A stretch of DNA of 33,729 nt from Deltaproteobacteria bacterium (lineage in GTDB: Bacteria > Bdellovibrionota > FAC87 > UBA2466): contig JABMMY010000058.1 of the NCBI GenBank assembly GCA_013205415.1, positions 1-33,729 of the forward strand, given 5' to 3'. Position 1 is the stretch's first letter. Every line of letters starts with the position of its first letter. The notes beneath the pieces are model-generated. The model was not told the DNA's origin. It ran no database searches and saw nothing but the letters and a program-made list of their open reading frames with translations. Below are positions 1-9,256 of the stretch, piece by piece. The translations under genes and the position numbers were made by a program.

Positions 1-1519
1 ATCTCAATCATTAACCTGGGAATGGATTGGAAGACTCGATATTGAGTCTCAAGGCTACTCCTCCGAAACAAAAATAGGAAAACTTTCTGGGGGATGGCAA
101 AAAAAAATCGCTCTTGCAAGAGAGCTAGTTAAAGAACCTGAATTACTTTTATTAGATGAGCCAACCAACCATTTGGATATTGAGAGTATTTTGTGGTTAG
201 AAGAATTTTTAAAGCGTGCCACCTTTGCAGTTATAGTGATCACCCATGATCGCGTTTTTTTACAAAATACCACCACCCGTATCTTTGAGTTGAACTCGCA
301 ATATCCACAGGGAGTGTTGGCAGTTCGCGGAAATTATACGAGTTATTTAGAATTGAGAGATACCCAGCTTTCTCAACAGAAGGTGGAAGAGACCACGCTG
401 AAAAATAAATTAAGACGTGAGACCGAGTGGCTTCGACGAGGACCTAAAGCAAGAAGCACCAAACAGCAGGCAAGAATTGATAGAGCTTACGATCTCCAAG
501 ATGATGTTAAAGAATTAGAATATCGTAATCGAAAAAGAGAGGTTAGCTTAGATTTTCAATCTGCCGATAAACAACCCAAGCGTCTTATCGAGGCTCGGGG
601 AGTTTCTAAATCCTTTGAAAACAAAACATTATTTTCCGATTTCAATATTTTTATCGGTCCAGGTAGTCGCCTAGGGCTTTTGGGAATGAATGGCTGCGGA
701 AAATCGACCCTGATTCGTTGTTTACTAGGGCAGGAGGAGGTTGATTCAGGAATGGTCATTAGGGCCGACCAACTTTCGGTCGCCTATTTTGAGCAAAAAA
801 GAGAGTCTTTAGATCTGCGTCTTACCGTTCAAAAGACACTATGCCCCGGTGGCGATAGCGTTATTTATCGTGGCCGTCCCATTCATATTAGAGGGTATTT
901 AGATAGATTCCTGTTTTCTCCAGAACAAATTGAGCTTCCAGTGGGAAGATTGTCTGGAGGAGAGCAATCTAGATTATTGCTTGCTCGTCTCATGTTGAAA
1001 GAGGCAAAGGTTTTAGTTTTAGATGAACCGACTAATGATTTAGATATTGAAACACTCGATGTTCTAGAAAACTGTCTTACCGATTTTGAGGGAGCTGTTA
1101 TTTTAGTAACCCATGATCGGTTTTTTCTAGACCAGGTGGCTACCGAAATTGTAGCCTTCCCTTACGGCGCGAACAATACGGGAGCGTTAGTCAAGTTTGC
1201 AGGGCTTTCACAGTGGGAACAATGGAGAGAAGACAACCAACCCTCTAAGGCCTCAAAAAAAATAACTCAAGATGATGGAGCGACACAAAAGAAAAAGAAA
1301 ATGAGTTACAATGACGTTCGTGAACTCAGTTTGATGGAGGGTAAAATTCAGCAGGCAGAGAGAAAAGTAGATGATCTTAATTCAGAACTATCCCTTCCTG
1401 AATTACAAACGAATTCGAAACGTTTATCGGAGCTCACTCAGAAACTAGGGGCTGCACAACAAGATTTAAGCCAACTATATGCTCGATGGGCAGAACTAGA
1501 GGTCATGAAAGAGGTCTGA
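1..1519 (+). CDS. ABC-F family ATPase, Uup-like; 5' end lies outside the window, first complete codon at position 2
   Basis: The frame is open from position 2. NBD1 shows the signature LSGGWQKK and Walker B LLLLDEPTNHLD. The inter-domain linker is basic (RRETEWLRRGPKARSTKQQARIDR). NBD2 shows Walker A GMNGCGKST, signature LSGGEQSR and Walker B VLVLDEPTNDLD. A C-terminal coiled-coil tail is typical of Uup-type ABC-F proteins. Confidence 0.9.
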   Translation, partial: SQSLTWEWIGRLDIESQGYSSETKIGKLSGGWQKKIALARELVKEPELLLLDEPTNHLDIESILWLEEFLKRATFAVIVITHDRVFLQNTTTRIFELNSQYPQGVLAVRGNYTSYLELRDTQLSQQKVEETTLKNKLRRETEWLRRGPKARSTKQQARIDRAYDLQDDVKELEYRNRKREVSLDFQSADKQPKRLIEARGVSKSFENKTLFSDFNIFIGPGSRLGLLGMNGCGKSTLIRCLLGQEEVDSGMVIRADQLSVAYFEQKRESLDLRLTVQKTLCPGGDSVIYRGRPIHIRGYLDRFLFSPEQIELPVGRLSGGEQSRLLLARLMLKEAKVLVLDEPTNDLDIETLDVLENCLTDFEGAVILVTHDRFFLDQVATEIVAFPYGANNTGALVKFAGLSQWEQWREDNQPSKASKKITQDDGATQKKKKMSYNDVRELSLMEGKIQQAERKVDDLNSELSLPELQTNSKRLSELTQKLGAAQQDLSQLYARWAELEVMKEV

Positions 1520-2490
1520 TGGATAAAATGAATCAAGAAAAATTAAATTCGGCAGACTGGGAGTCTCTTAAATCCTTAAGGACCATTTTTTTATCGGAAA
1601 CGGCAGGCGGACAAAAAGACTATTGGTCCTCCTCTCACCTTTTGGAGCTATACCATGAGACCTTTGCTCAACGAATCGGTTGGAAGTGGGATGCTGTTTT
1701 AAAAGATTTCTCAGCGAAAGCTATTTTCAATAAAAAAGAATCTTATACGGTGCTTGATTATGGTTCGGGAACTGGAATCGCTACTGAGAAGATAGTTGAA
1801 CATTTGGGAGCCGATAATATTTCAGATCTCTGGCTATGGGATAAGTCACGTCAAGCCATGGAGTTTTCTGCTCAGAACCTAGAAAAGAGGTTTCCCAAAA
1901 TACCCTTAACAAAACTATCTGAAGTACAGGTTCCTGGTGGAAATTGGATTCTCATTTTAAGTCACATCGTTAATGAACTAAGCAAAAAAGAATTAATTGA
2001 GGTGCTGAGCCTTGCGGAAAAAGCTGATTATGTATTTTGGGTAGAGCCTGGCACACACAGTACTAGCCGTCGTCTTATTGAAATACGAAAAAAAGTGTTA
2101 GAAAAAATGGTTGTGTTAGCTCCGTGCCAGCATCAAAAAGCCTGTGGAATGTTATCTGCAAAGAATGAACCCCATTGGTGCCACCATTTTGCATCGCCAC
2201 CACAAGAGGTATTTCAACATTCGTTTTGGGGTTTATTTAGTCGTAATCTGAATATCGATTTGAGATCGCTACCTGTGAGCTATCTGATACTTGGAAAAAA
2301 AGATACGCAGGCGTTAGCGACTTCATCAGAGGCCAGAATTATCGGCCGGCCTCGTTTATACAAGGGAAATGGTAAGTTTTTACTTTGTGAAGAATCTGGG
2401 GTCGATGACGTTCTCTTGTTAGAAAAAAACCACAGGTCGCTATTTAAGGACTATAAAAAAGATATTTTTTCAAAATCCATTGTGAAGTAG
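1519..2490 (+). CDS. Rsm22-like SAM-dependent methyltransferase (small ribosomal subunit Rsm22 family)
   Basis: The ATG at 1519 overlaps the ABC-F stop (ATGA), so I prefer it to the track start at 1486. The SAM-binding motif is VLDYGSGTG. The Cys/His cluster APCQHQKAC...HWCHHFA is characteristic of bacterial Rsm22-family proteins. Confidence 0.7.
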   Translation: MDKMNQEKLNSADWESLKSLRTIFLSETAGGQKDYWSSSHLLELYHETFAQRIGWKWDAVLKDFSAKAIFNKKESYTVLDYGSGTGIATEKIVEHLGADNISDLWLWDKSRQAMEFSAQNLEKRFPKIPLTKLSEVQVPGGNWILILSHIVNELSKKELIEVLSLAEKADYVFWVEPGTHSTSRRLIEIRKKVLEKMVVLAPCQHQKACGMLSAKNEPHWCHHFASPPQEVFQHSFWGLFSRNLNIDLRSLPVSYLILGKKDTQALATSSEARIIGRPRLYKGNGKFLLCEESGVDDVLLLEKNHRSLFKDYKKDIFSKSIVK

Positions 2491-2530
2491 TTGAGTGAAT
2501 TAAATTCTATCGGGTTTCAGGGGACAGAAT

Positions 2531-3574
2531 TTAGCTCTTTGTAATGGTCAGCCTGGGTGGCGCTAGATAAATATCGGTAGATTGAAGAGCCTCTAGCGCA
2601 AAGGTAAGTACGTCATCGGTGATAGTAAATTGTTTACCAAAATCATCAATATAGTAAACAAGCTTAAGTGTAATCCAGGACTCTGCACTTTCTATCACCA
2701 GCACCATGGGTTCGGGTAATTTTCTAATCTCTCTAATGGGTTCGATGGCGGAAAGTAGAACTGTTTTGGACTTTTGTATTGAAGTACCGTAGGGGATTCT
2801 AAAGACTTGGCTTCGAATAATGGGGCCGGTTTTAGCTGCATAATTATTAACCTGAGATTGGGAAACAATTCGATTAGGAATACTAATAACCTCTTCGGTC
2901 ATTGACAGTAATACAGTAGCACGCCAAGTGATTTCAGTGACAAGGCCGGTCAGCTTTTGGCCTCCATTATAAATCTCAACCCAATCCCCTATCGAATAGG
3001 GTTTGTCTAATTGCAGTGCGATTCCGGAGAAAAGATTTCCTAGCGTGTCCTGAAGAGCAAGTCCTAGAACGATTGAAAATACTGCTGAGGTGGCAACTAG
3101 CGGAAGTAGTCTAAATTCAAAAATCGAGCTGAGCAGCCATGCGCCAATTACAATGCTGAGGGCAAGAGTAAAAATATTAACGAGTAAAAGCGGGACCCCT
3201 ACCGTCATGCTTCTAAAAAAGAGATATTCAAAAATAATTATTCGGCACGTTTTTACAAATACGATACTTGCGGAAATGATGGTGAATAGTCCGAAGTAGG
3301 GTGCGATTCTTAAGTAGGTAGGATTAAGATTGGGCCATTCCTTTGCCAGGAAAAACAATCCAAACAATAAACAACAAAAAAGTGAATGATAAATTAGATT
3401 CTTGAATTGACTACGAAGATTTTTGTGTCGCTCAGGAGTCAGTCGACCCAGGAAAAGTTTATATAGAATAAATGAGGTTATTGCCGATAGAACAACAAAT
3501 AGAATTGCCTCTGTTTGCACCGCCCCGTGAATTTTTGCTGCGGGTATCCATAGATTTACAAATTTATAGTCCAC
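2531..3574 (-). CDS. MscS-family small-conductance mechanosensitive channel
   Basis: Several N-terminal TM helices are followed by the pore-helix/beta-domain signature LGNLFSGIALQLDKPYSIGDWVEI. The length is 347 aa. Confidence 0.85.
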   Translation of the reverse strand: MDYKFVNLWIPAAKIHGAVQTEAILFVVLSAITSFILYKLFLGRLTPERHKNLRSQFKNLIYHSLFCCLLFGLFFLAKEWPNLNPTYLRIAPYFGLFTIISASIVFVKTCRIIIFEYLFFRSMTVGVPLLLVNIFTLALSIVIGAWLLSSIFEFRLLPLVATSAVFSIVLGLALQDTLGNLFSGIALQLDKPYSIGDWVEIYNGGQKLTGLVTEITWRATVLLSMTEEVISIPNRIVSQSQVNNYAAKTGPIIRSQVFRIPYGTSIQKSKTVLLSAIEPIREIRKLPEPMVLVIESAESWITLKLVYYIDDFGKQFTITDDVLTFALEALQSTDIYLAPPRLTITKS

Positions 3575-3638
3575 TGTTTCTTATCGGAAAAAAACTCCCC
3601 ATAGTTGAGAGGTTGTTTATCTTGCGGTGTTTTAGGAG

Positions 3639-4577
3639 TTAAGGGGAGAAGGGTGGCCATAGAGGTTGTGATTGGTGTTTTACCCATCTTTTCATGAATT
3701 GAAGTAGGTTTCTATTTCGATATAGATAAATAGAATGGTTTCCTCCATCCTCAAGGTATGAAGTGTAGGGAAAATATTTCGAATCTAAAGTATTTTTGAA
3801 GATTTCGTAACCCACTTGGAACCCAAAATTATCTTCGCTTCCGACATCAAAATAGATTTCTGGAACTGAAGAGGAGTTGGGAAAGTTTCTGACCAGATCT
3901 ATGGGATTGTTTTCTTGATATAGTTCCTGCGTTGGAAAAATTCTCTTAACATCTCTTAGAAGGACCATTCCTTTTATTAAACCGATAGGTTGCTGCCGAA
4001 AAAAGTCTTTCCATAAAGCGACCTCTTCATAGAGGCTAAAGGGTGGAAGAACAGGGGAATTGGCAGCGCTCAAGGAAAATAGCTCTGGAAATTTGAGTCC
4101 TATTTTAAGGGCTCCGAATCCTCCCATGGAAAACCCCGCAAGTCCACGACAGGACCTATCCTTGCAGACCTTAAATTTATCTTCAATAAGGGGAATAAAT
4201 TCGTTAATAAACCAGCTTTCATAGGATTTGGAACCGGTGGCAACTCCCTCGAAGTCGCTGAAGAAACTATCTATTTCAGTATCAAAGGAGATGAAGGTCA
4301 ATGAAGGGAAATTGGGGTCCTCCCCTACCAAGGTTTGTAGTGCCTTTGAATACTTTTTCTCTACCCAGTCATCGTGGTCTCCGCCGAGTCCATGAAGAAA
4401 ATATATTACCGGTTCATTTAAACTCGGTTGTTCTGGATGGCTTCTTTCGACACAATAGGTAACTTTTTTATTCAACCTATTTGAAGCATAGTGATTACAT
4501 TGGCGACCCACTTCGGCTACCGATAGCTGGGAGAGAGTTAAAGCTACTAACATAAGAAGGCGTCGATACTCATTCAT
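3639..4577 (-). CDS. Secreted esterase (esterase D / putative-esterase family, alpha/beta hydrolase)
   Basis: Signal peptide MNEYRRLLMLVALTLSQLSVAEV. HGLGGDHDDW motif. Nucleophile elbow GFSMGGFGAL (GxSxG). Confidence 0.75.
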   Translation of the reverse strand: MNEYRRLLMLVALTLSQLSVAEVGRQCNHYASNRLNKKVTYCVERSHPEQPSLNEPVIYFLHGLGGDHDDWVEKKYSKALQTLVGEDPNFPSLTFISFDTEIDSFFSDFEGVATGSKSYESWFINEFIPLIEDKFKVCKDRSCRGLAGFSMGGFGALKIGLKFPELFSLSAANSPVLPPFSLYEEVALWKDFFRQQPIGLIKGMVLLRDVKRIFPTQELYQENNPIDLVRNFPNSSSVPEIYFDVGSEDNFGFQVGYEIFKNTLDSKYFPYTSYLEDGGNHSIYLYRNRNLLQFMKRWVKHQSQPLWPPFSP

Positions 4578-4716
4578 TATTAGACCTCTTAAAAAATTGA
4601 AAATCCTTCAAAGAAGATACGGATTTTATTAAAAGATACTTGAAATAATTTTGAAAAGGTGTCGTTCCATTATGTTTTTAGACTATTAATCCGATAGTAT
4701 AAAAGAGAAATTTAAT

Positions 4717-5268
4717 ATGAAAATAACACGTTTATTTATCACTGTGACCTACTGCATCTTTCTATTCTGTTCGAGTCTATGCCACGCGGACGATAGTGGT
4801 CGTAGTAAAATAGGTTTTGATATTAAGGGATTTAAAGCCAATCCGCAGAATAATATTGGATGGCTTGTAGGCGGAAGATGGGCTGGATACTTTGGGACAT
4901 CGCAGGTGTATATGGGACTGGCTACTTACTTTGGAGCTCCTACAGGACTGAATATTCAGCAGGAGAAGATGTACTACGGCGGTCTTATCTTCGGTGTGGA
5001 TAAAAAAGTATCAAAGTGGGGAGCTTTTGAGGCCAATCTGCTTCTGGGATATGGCGAAGGGGAACTAAAGAGATTCGGAATTAATGAACGAAGCCATTAT
5101 GTAGTGGAGCCCGGATTTGGTTTCGGAGCGAGTTTAGGTGGGGGATGGCGCCTTACCTTTGCCGCTAGTTACCTTCACATGGCCAACGCTACCCATATTT
5201 CAGGGCCCACCTTCGGATTTCGATTTGCACTTCGCTCTGGATCTTCATCAAAGGCGGCGAATGATTGA
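4717..5268 (+). CDS. Small exported protein, probable outer-membrane beta-barrel; function unknown
   Basis: Signal peptide MKITRLFITVTYCIFLFCSSLCHA. Gly/aromatic-rich alternating segments (GGRWAGYFGT, GFGFGASLGGGWRLTFAASY). An RBS-like AAGAGAA lies upstream. Confidence 0.6.
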   Translation: MKITRLFITVTYCIFLFCSSLCHADDSGRSKIGFDIKGFKANPQNNIGWLVGGRWAGYFGTSQVYMGLATYFGAPTGLNIQQEKMYYGGLIFGVDKKVSKWGAFEANLLLGYGEGELKRFGINERSHYVVEPGFGFGASLGGGWRLTFAASYLHMANATHISGPTFGFRFALRSGSSSKAAND

Positions 5269-7007
5269 AAAAGAAATCTTTTCTATTATTACGCCATCTG
5301 CCCACCTGGTTAATTCTGAGTATTGTGGCTCTGACCTGCTTTGCGAAGGCATCCGATGAAGGTAAAAGATGTGAATTTGAAACGTTAACTAAGTCCTGTT
5401 CTTTTTTCGATCCCGACGGCCCCGATAAAATTATGTTTGAACAGGGGACCTACCTACCTAATTTAGTCGCTTTAGAAAAACAGGCCACCGACCAAATTTT
5501 CCAGTCGGAACTAAATAGAAAAATTGCAAGTGCTGAAAAAAACACCACAAAGTTTTTAGAAATCAAACAACGGCTAATTACGCTTCTTGCAGACATTTCC
5601 GATTCATCCCTCCATCCTTCATTTAAATTTTATTTAACTGAAAACTTTATAGAGTTCTGGGATTTTATAAGCGATAGGAATGGAAATTTAAAAACGCAAT
5701 TGGAAATTCCATGGCCGATGAATAAACCTGTTAATGCAAAATTAGTATCTCAAAAAGAGATTAAGACCACCCTTGCTAATTTCCTTACTTATGAGCAAGT
5801 AAATAAGCTCAGTTTAATTTATCGTCAGATGCAAATCCTAGTTATTTATTCTCAGACAAATAAATTGGTATCTTCAAACGATGAATTGATCAAATTAATT
5901 TCGTCAGATAGACAAAAGTATGTAGCTAAACTTTTTGATTTTATACAAGCCAGAATGACCTATTTAATAAGTTACGGTAAGCCAGAGGCCGATTGGAGTG
6001 AATCTGAACGCCAACTCATTAGAAAAATTAAAACGGTGAAGTTAACGGCACTTAATTCTATTGAGCTTAAAAATGCCCCTCATTGTTTGTCAGCACAACC
6101 TAATGCGTTCTACAGTTCAAAGAATCATACTATTAATTTGTGCCCCACCGTTTATTCATTACCAGATAGCAGTCTTCTTTTAATTATGGCTCATGAAGTA
6201 GCACACGCGATAGATCAGTGTCACTCCCAGTTTGGTACCTTTGAGATTAGCTCGGATAAATTGGTGAAATTAGGTGAGGGGTTAAAGGGAGTTTTAAGTC
6301 GAGAAATTAGTAGCGATTCTGAAAAAAAGGAATTGTTAATAGTATTAATGGAGATAAATAAACAAAGCAATATGACCGCCTTTCCTTTTCCTTTAATCGC
6401 TTCACCAGCGAGCATTAAATATTTTATTGATAAGGGGGTTTTGAAACGTGAGCTAAGCGGCGTGATCCCTGCTAAATATCCGCTAAAAAATATCGTGGAC
6501 TGTTTAGATCGAAAACAGGGTTTTAGAAATGCAGATCGATCGGAAATTAAAAAGTTGGCGGTTGCCGTGACTCTAGCTAGAGGTCAGTATCGAGAACCTG
6601 CTTACGATGCCCTGGCCGATCAACGTCAAATTATTGACGCCTTCGATTCTTATCCGGGTTGTCTGAATCCTAATAAAGAAAGTCAAATGGGTGAAGCTAT
6701 TGCAGATTGGATTGGAGCTAAGGTCCTAGGTGATTATCTTACAGATACTAAGCTAGAAACGGACCAGGCTAGGATGGGGGTTATTGGATTTTTGGCCGCC
6801 GGAGTCTGTGCCGAGAGATTTGTATCTGTAAAGGAATCCAAGCCCACGATTATTAAAATATTAACCACTGCTATGGTTGACAATGGGGTGTTTAGCGATG
6901 CCCACCCCTCTTCAAAATCCAGAATAGAAAAAATAATCTTGAGAGATTCCAGGGTCCGTAAGGCTTTAGGATGCCCAATAGAAAGAGAACTTGCCTGTGA
7001 GCGTTAG
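5265..7007 (+). CDS. Exported HExxH zinc metallopeptidase, tentatively a divergent M13-like gluzincin
   Basis: A TTG start overlaps the upstream stop (TTGA). It has a signal peptide. HEVAH lies at 6192-6206. An upstream NAFY motif (QPNAFYSSKNHTINLCP) and a downstream GEAIADW motif resemble the M13 NAFY and GENIAD motifs, but the HExxH-to-GExxAD spacing is about 170 aa, much longer than in M13. Confidence 0.6.
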   Translation: MKKKSFLLLRHLPTWLILSIVALTCFAKASDEGKRCEFETLTKSCSFFDPDGPDKIMFEQGTYLPNLVALEKQATDQIFQSELNRKIASAEKNTTKFLEIKQRLITLLADISDSSLHPSFKFYLTENFIEFWDFISDRNGNLKTQLEIPWPMNKPVNAKLVSQKEIKTTLANFLTYEQVNKLSLIYRQMQILVIYSQTNKLVSSNDELIKLISSDRQKYVAKLFDFIQARMTYLISYGKPEADWSESERQLIRKIKTVKLTALNSIELKNAPHCLSAQPNAFYSSKNHTINLCPTVYSLPDSSLLLIMAHEVAHAIDQCHSQFGTFEISSDKLVKLGEGLKGVLSREISSDSEKKELLIVLMEINKQSNMTAFPFPLIASPASIKYFIDKGVLKRELSGVIPAKYPLKNIVDCLDRKQGFRNADRSEIKKLAVAVTLARGQYREPAYDALADQRQIIDAFDSYPGCLNPNKESQMGEAIADWIGAKVLGDYLTDTKLETDQARMGVIGFLAAGVCAERFVSVKESKPTIIKILTTAMVDNGVFSDAHPSSKSRIEKIILRDSRVRKALGCPIERELACER

Positions 7008-7137
7008 AGCGGCTCTTAACAGTAGATCACGATAAAATACCCTGGTGGATTTATAATTTAATCTAGTTATGCCAAGCTGGAATTAGCTCATTTAAATCTT
7101 AAAAAAACACTCAAAATTTTAATAAAAGGGGACATCT

Positions 7138-7647
7138 ATGAAAATAGCAGCAGCAGTTTTGATTTTTGGTTTCAGTCTTTGTGCTTCGTCAATTTTTGCA
7201 ATTAAGCCAGTAGAGCTTCCTCAAATGAATGGGGATCTCGGCGTGTATCAAATGCAAAATCATCCCGATGGCATTTTTGTGGTCGAAGCCTACTTTTTAG
7301 GGTGTCCTTACTGTAATGATAATGCACCCAAGGTGAACGATATGGCAGAACGATTTTCTAACGATTCGAGAGTTCAGGTTCTTGATGTAGGAATAGATCG
7401 TGATAATGCCTCTTACGATACTTGGATAAAACGTCACAATCCTAATCACCCAGTTTTAAAGGACGGTTCGAGAAAATTAATTTCTCAATTGGGGACTAGT
7501 GGATTTCCCTCTACTTACGTTGTTAACTGCAAAGGGCAATTGGTAGAAAGTACCGAGGGTTCTTGGGGACAGGAAGAGGAGCAGAGAATTACAGCTGCTA
7601 TTGAAAAACTACAGGCTGAAGGCTGCCATCGTGACCTGTTACCGTAA
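7138..7647 (+). CDS. Periplasmic thioredoxin-fold thiol:disulfide oxidoreductase (TlpA/ResA-like)
   Basis: It has a signal peptide. The CPYC redox motif lies at 7303-7314. A GFPSTYVV cis-Pro-type motif is present. The RBS AAGGGGA lies 6 nt upstream of the ATG. Confidence 0.75.
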   Translation: MKIAAAVLIFGFSLCASSIFAIKPVELPQMNGDLGVYQMQNHPDGIFVVEAYFLGCPYCNDNAPKVNDMAERFSNDSRVQVLDVGIDRDNASYDTWIKRHNPNHPVLKDGSRKLISQLGTSGFPSTYVVNCKGQLVESTEGSWGQEEEQRITAAIEKLQAEGCHRDLLP

Positions 7648-7675
7648 AAATTAGGATCGAATTAAAAGCGAGGAA

Positions 7676-7715
7676 GGAGAGATTAGGAAAGAACCTAATC
7701 CCTCCTTTTTTTTTT
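7676..7715 (+). terminator. Rho-independent terminator after the TlpA-like gene
   Basis: The stem GGAGAGATTAGG / CCTAATCCCTCC has 12 bp with one mismatch. The loop is AAAGAA. A run of T10 follows directly at 7706-7715. Confidence 0.8.
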
Positions 7716-7741
7716 ATATAGTTACAGGTAGACTCCCCTTA

Positions 7742-8476
7742 ATGAGTATCGTTACCTTTTATTTAAAATTACTGTGTTTTTTTATTTGGATATTTTTGGT
7801 TAGTGCTCTCTATCTTATCGTAGCTATTTTCACGAAACAAAGGTCTACTATTTTTGCGAAAACAGTTAACTGCTTAGGAAAAGGAATTCTCCCTATTGCG
7901 GGAATTAAGTTAAATATTGAAGGTACCCAATATTTGACGGCTGAACATCCCTGTGTCGTTTTAGGTAATCATCAAAGTGCATTAGACGTCGCTATTTTTG
8001 GCGCTATGTGCCCTCCTAATACCGTAGGGATTGGAAAAAAAGAGATTGCCATGATTCCACTTTTTGGATGGCTCTTTAAATATTCAGGCGGTATTTTAAT
8101 TGATAGAAAAAATAAAAGAAAGGCTATCTCCCAAATAGATGAGGCTGTGCAGGCTGTTATTAACCAGAGGGTTTCTATAGGTATTCTTCCGGAAGGCACT
8201 CGTAATCGCTTAGGCAAAGGGCTTTTACCTTTTAAGAAGGGGGCCTTTCATTTAGCCATTGCAGCGCAGGTTCCTTTAGTTCCCATTGTGGTTGCGGAGT
8301 TTGGCGTGCTGGTTAATTTTGAAAAAAAGATATTAAAAAGAGGAACTATTAATGTGAGAGTTTTGCCACCTATTTCCACTAAAGGAATGACCGAGTCTCA
8401 GACTGGAGAACTTACTGAGAAAACTTATCAATTAATGCTTTCTGCCCTAAATGAAATAAAATCGGTGGTTCATTAG
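7742..8476 (+). CDS. plsC: 1-acyl-sn-glycerol-3-phosphate acyltransferase
   Basis: An N-terminal TM segment is present. The acyltransferase motifs are NHQSALD (HX4D), GGILIDR and PEGTR. Confidence 0.85.
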   Translation: MSIVTFYLKLLCFFIWIFLVSALYLIVAIFTKQRSTIFAKTVNCLGKGILPIAGIKLNIEGTQYLTAEHPCVVLGNHQSALDVAIFGAMCPPNTVGIGKKEIAMIPLFGWLFKYSGGILIDRKNKRKAISQIDEAVQAVINQRVSIGILPEGTRNRLGKGLLPFKKGAFHLAIAAQVPLVPIVVAEFGVLVNFEKKILKRGTINVRVLPPISTKGMTESQTGELTEKTYQLMLSALNEIKSVVH

Positions 8477-8541
8477 ACCGTTTCCATGATTTAAAATAGG
8501 TTCGAAGACATAATTTTTTGAATCGATAAACAGGTATTATT

Positions 8542-9186
8542 TTATTTAATAGGTTCAATGTCAGATGGAAAACTACTTAATTTTTCAACTCCAGAAATAA
8601 AAATAGCTGATTGAATAAAATATTCTATTTTATTATTTATGGTTTCTAAGTCATGCCAGCGGTTTAAAAAATCTTTCTTTTCAAGTTTCCCATAGGAAGT
8701 TCCTAAAACAGGGTCCATGAAATAAAAATTTACAGAGTCATAACCAATCACAACACCGTAGTGACCGGAGTTCCAGATAGCACTGTAATCTTTAGTTTCA
8801 CTCTCTTCCCAAGCTTGATAGTCGACAATGACAGGCTCTTTACGATCTATTGCCATCTCTATTTCTGAAAGAGTCACTCCGGTTTTTAGTGCTACTTTAA
8901 GGCCGAGGGTTTTTGCAAATTCAGCAATAGCGACTGGATGAGTTCCCAATTCCTTATCTACTTTAAGTGGCTCATGAAAAAACATTTCCCCTTCACTGGA
9001 TATTTTCCAATAGTATAACACCGAAAGCAAACTAGCCGGACCACAGGAATAAGGATTGGATTGTCTGATAATCGGCACCTGAAGCAACTTAACGTTGTCT
9101 TTAATGGGAGCCGAAATCGTTTGTTTTGCTGTCAGTGGTGTAGTTATTAAGGCAAGAGCCAGAGAAATAAATAAAAAGTGGTTCAT
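8542..9186 (-). CDS. Secreted papain-fold cysteine peptidase (Peptidase_C39-like)
   Basis: It has a signal peptide (MNHFLFISLALALITTPLTA). The catalytic Cys context is QSNPYSCGPASLLSVLYYW. The His context is SGHYGVVIGYD, followed by FMDP. There is no ABC-transporter fusion. Confidence 0.6.
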   Translation of the reverse strand: MNHFLFISLALALITTPLTAKQTISAPIKDNVKLLQVPIIRQSNPYSCGPASLLSVLYYWKISSEGEMFFHEPLKVDKELGTHPVAIAEFAKTLGLKVALKTGVTLSEIEMAIDRKEPVIVDYQAWEESETKDYSAIWNSGHYGVVIGYDSVNFYFMDPVLGTSYGKLEKKDFLNRWHDLETINNKIEYFIQSAIFISGVEKLSSFPSDIEPIK

Positions 9187-9256
9187 TTTTATATTTCATC
9201 ATTTTCTTTCCTGTTTGAAAACTCTAGACTTAATCAAAATAACAAAAGGAGATCGG

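Noticed and set aside
99-107. An A9 homopolymer, with other A8/T10 runs, as possible phase-variation tracts.
   Set aside because: The A9 run encodes the conserved QKK of the ABC signature region of a housekeeping ATPase. The T10 run at 7706-7715 is a terminator tail. There is no contingency-gene context.
1500-1517. An 18-nt exact repeat, AGGTCATGAAAGAGGTCT, also present at 16304-16321, where it forms the right arm of the 16286-16321 hairpin.
   Set aside because: The first copy lies inside the ABC-F coding end (ELEVMKEV) and has no complementary left arm. An exact match of 17-18 nt in 34 kb over both strands has a roughly 5-10% chance expectation, so it is probably coincidence.
9095-9256. A 54-codon N-terminal extension of the adenine deaminase ORF.
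   Set aside because: It overlaps the divergent C39-like gene start and has no RBS. The internal ATG at 9257 has AAAGGAG 5 nt upstream and gives a normal adenine deaminase N-terminus.
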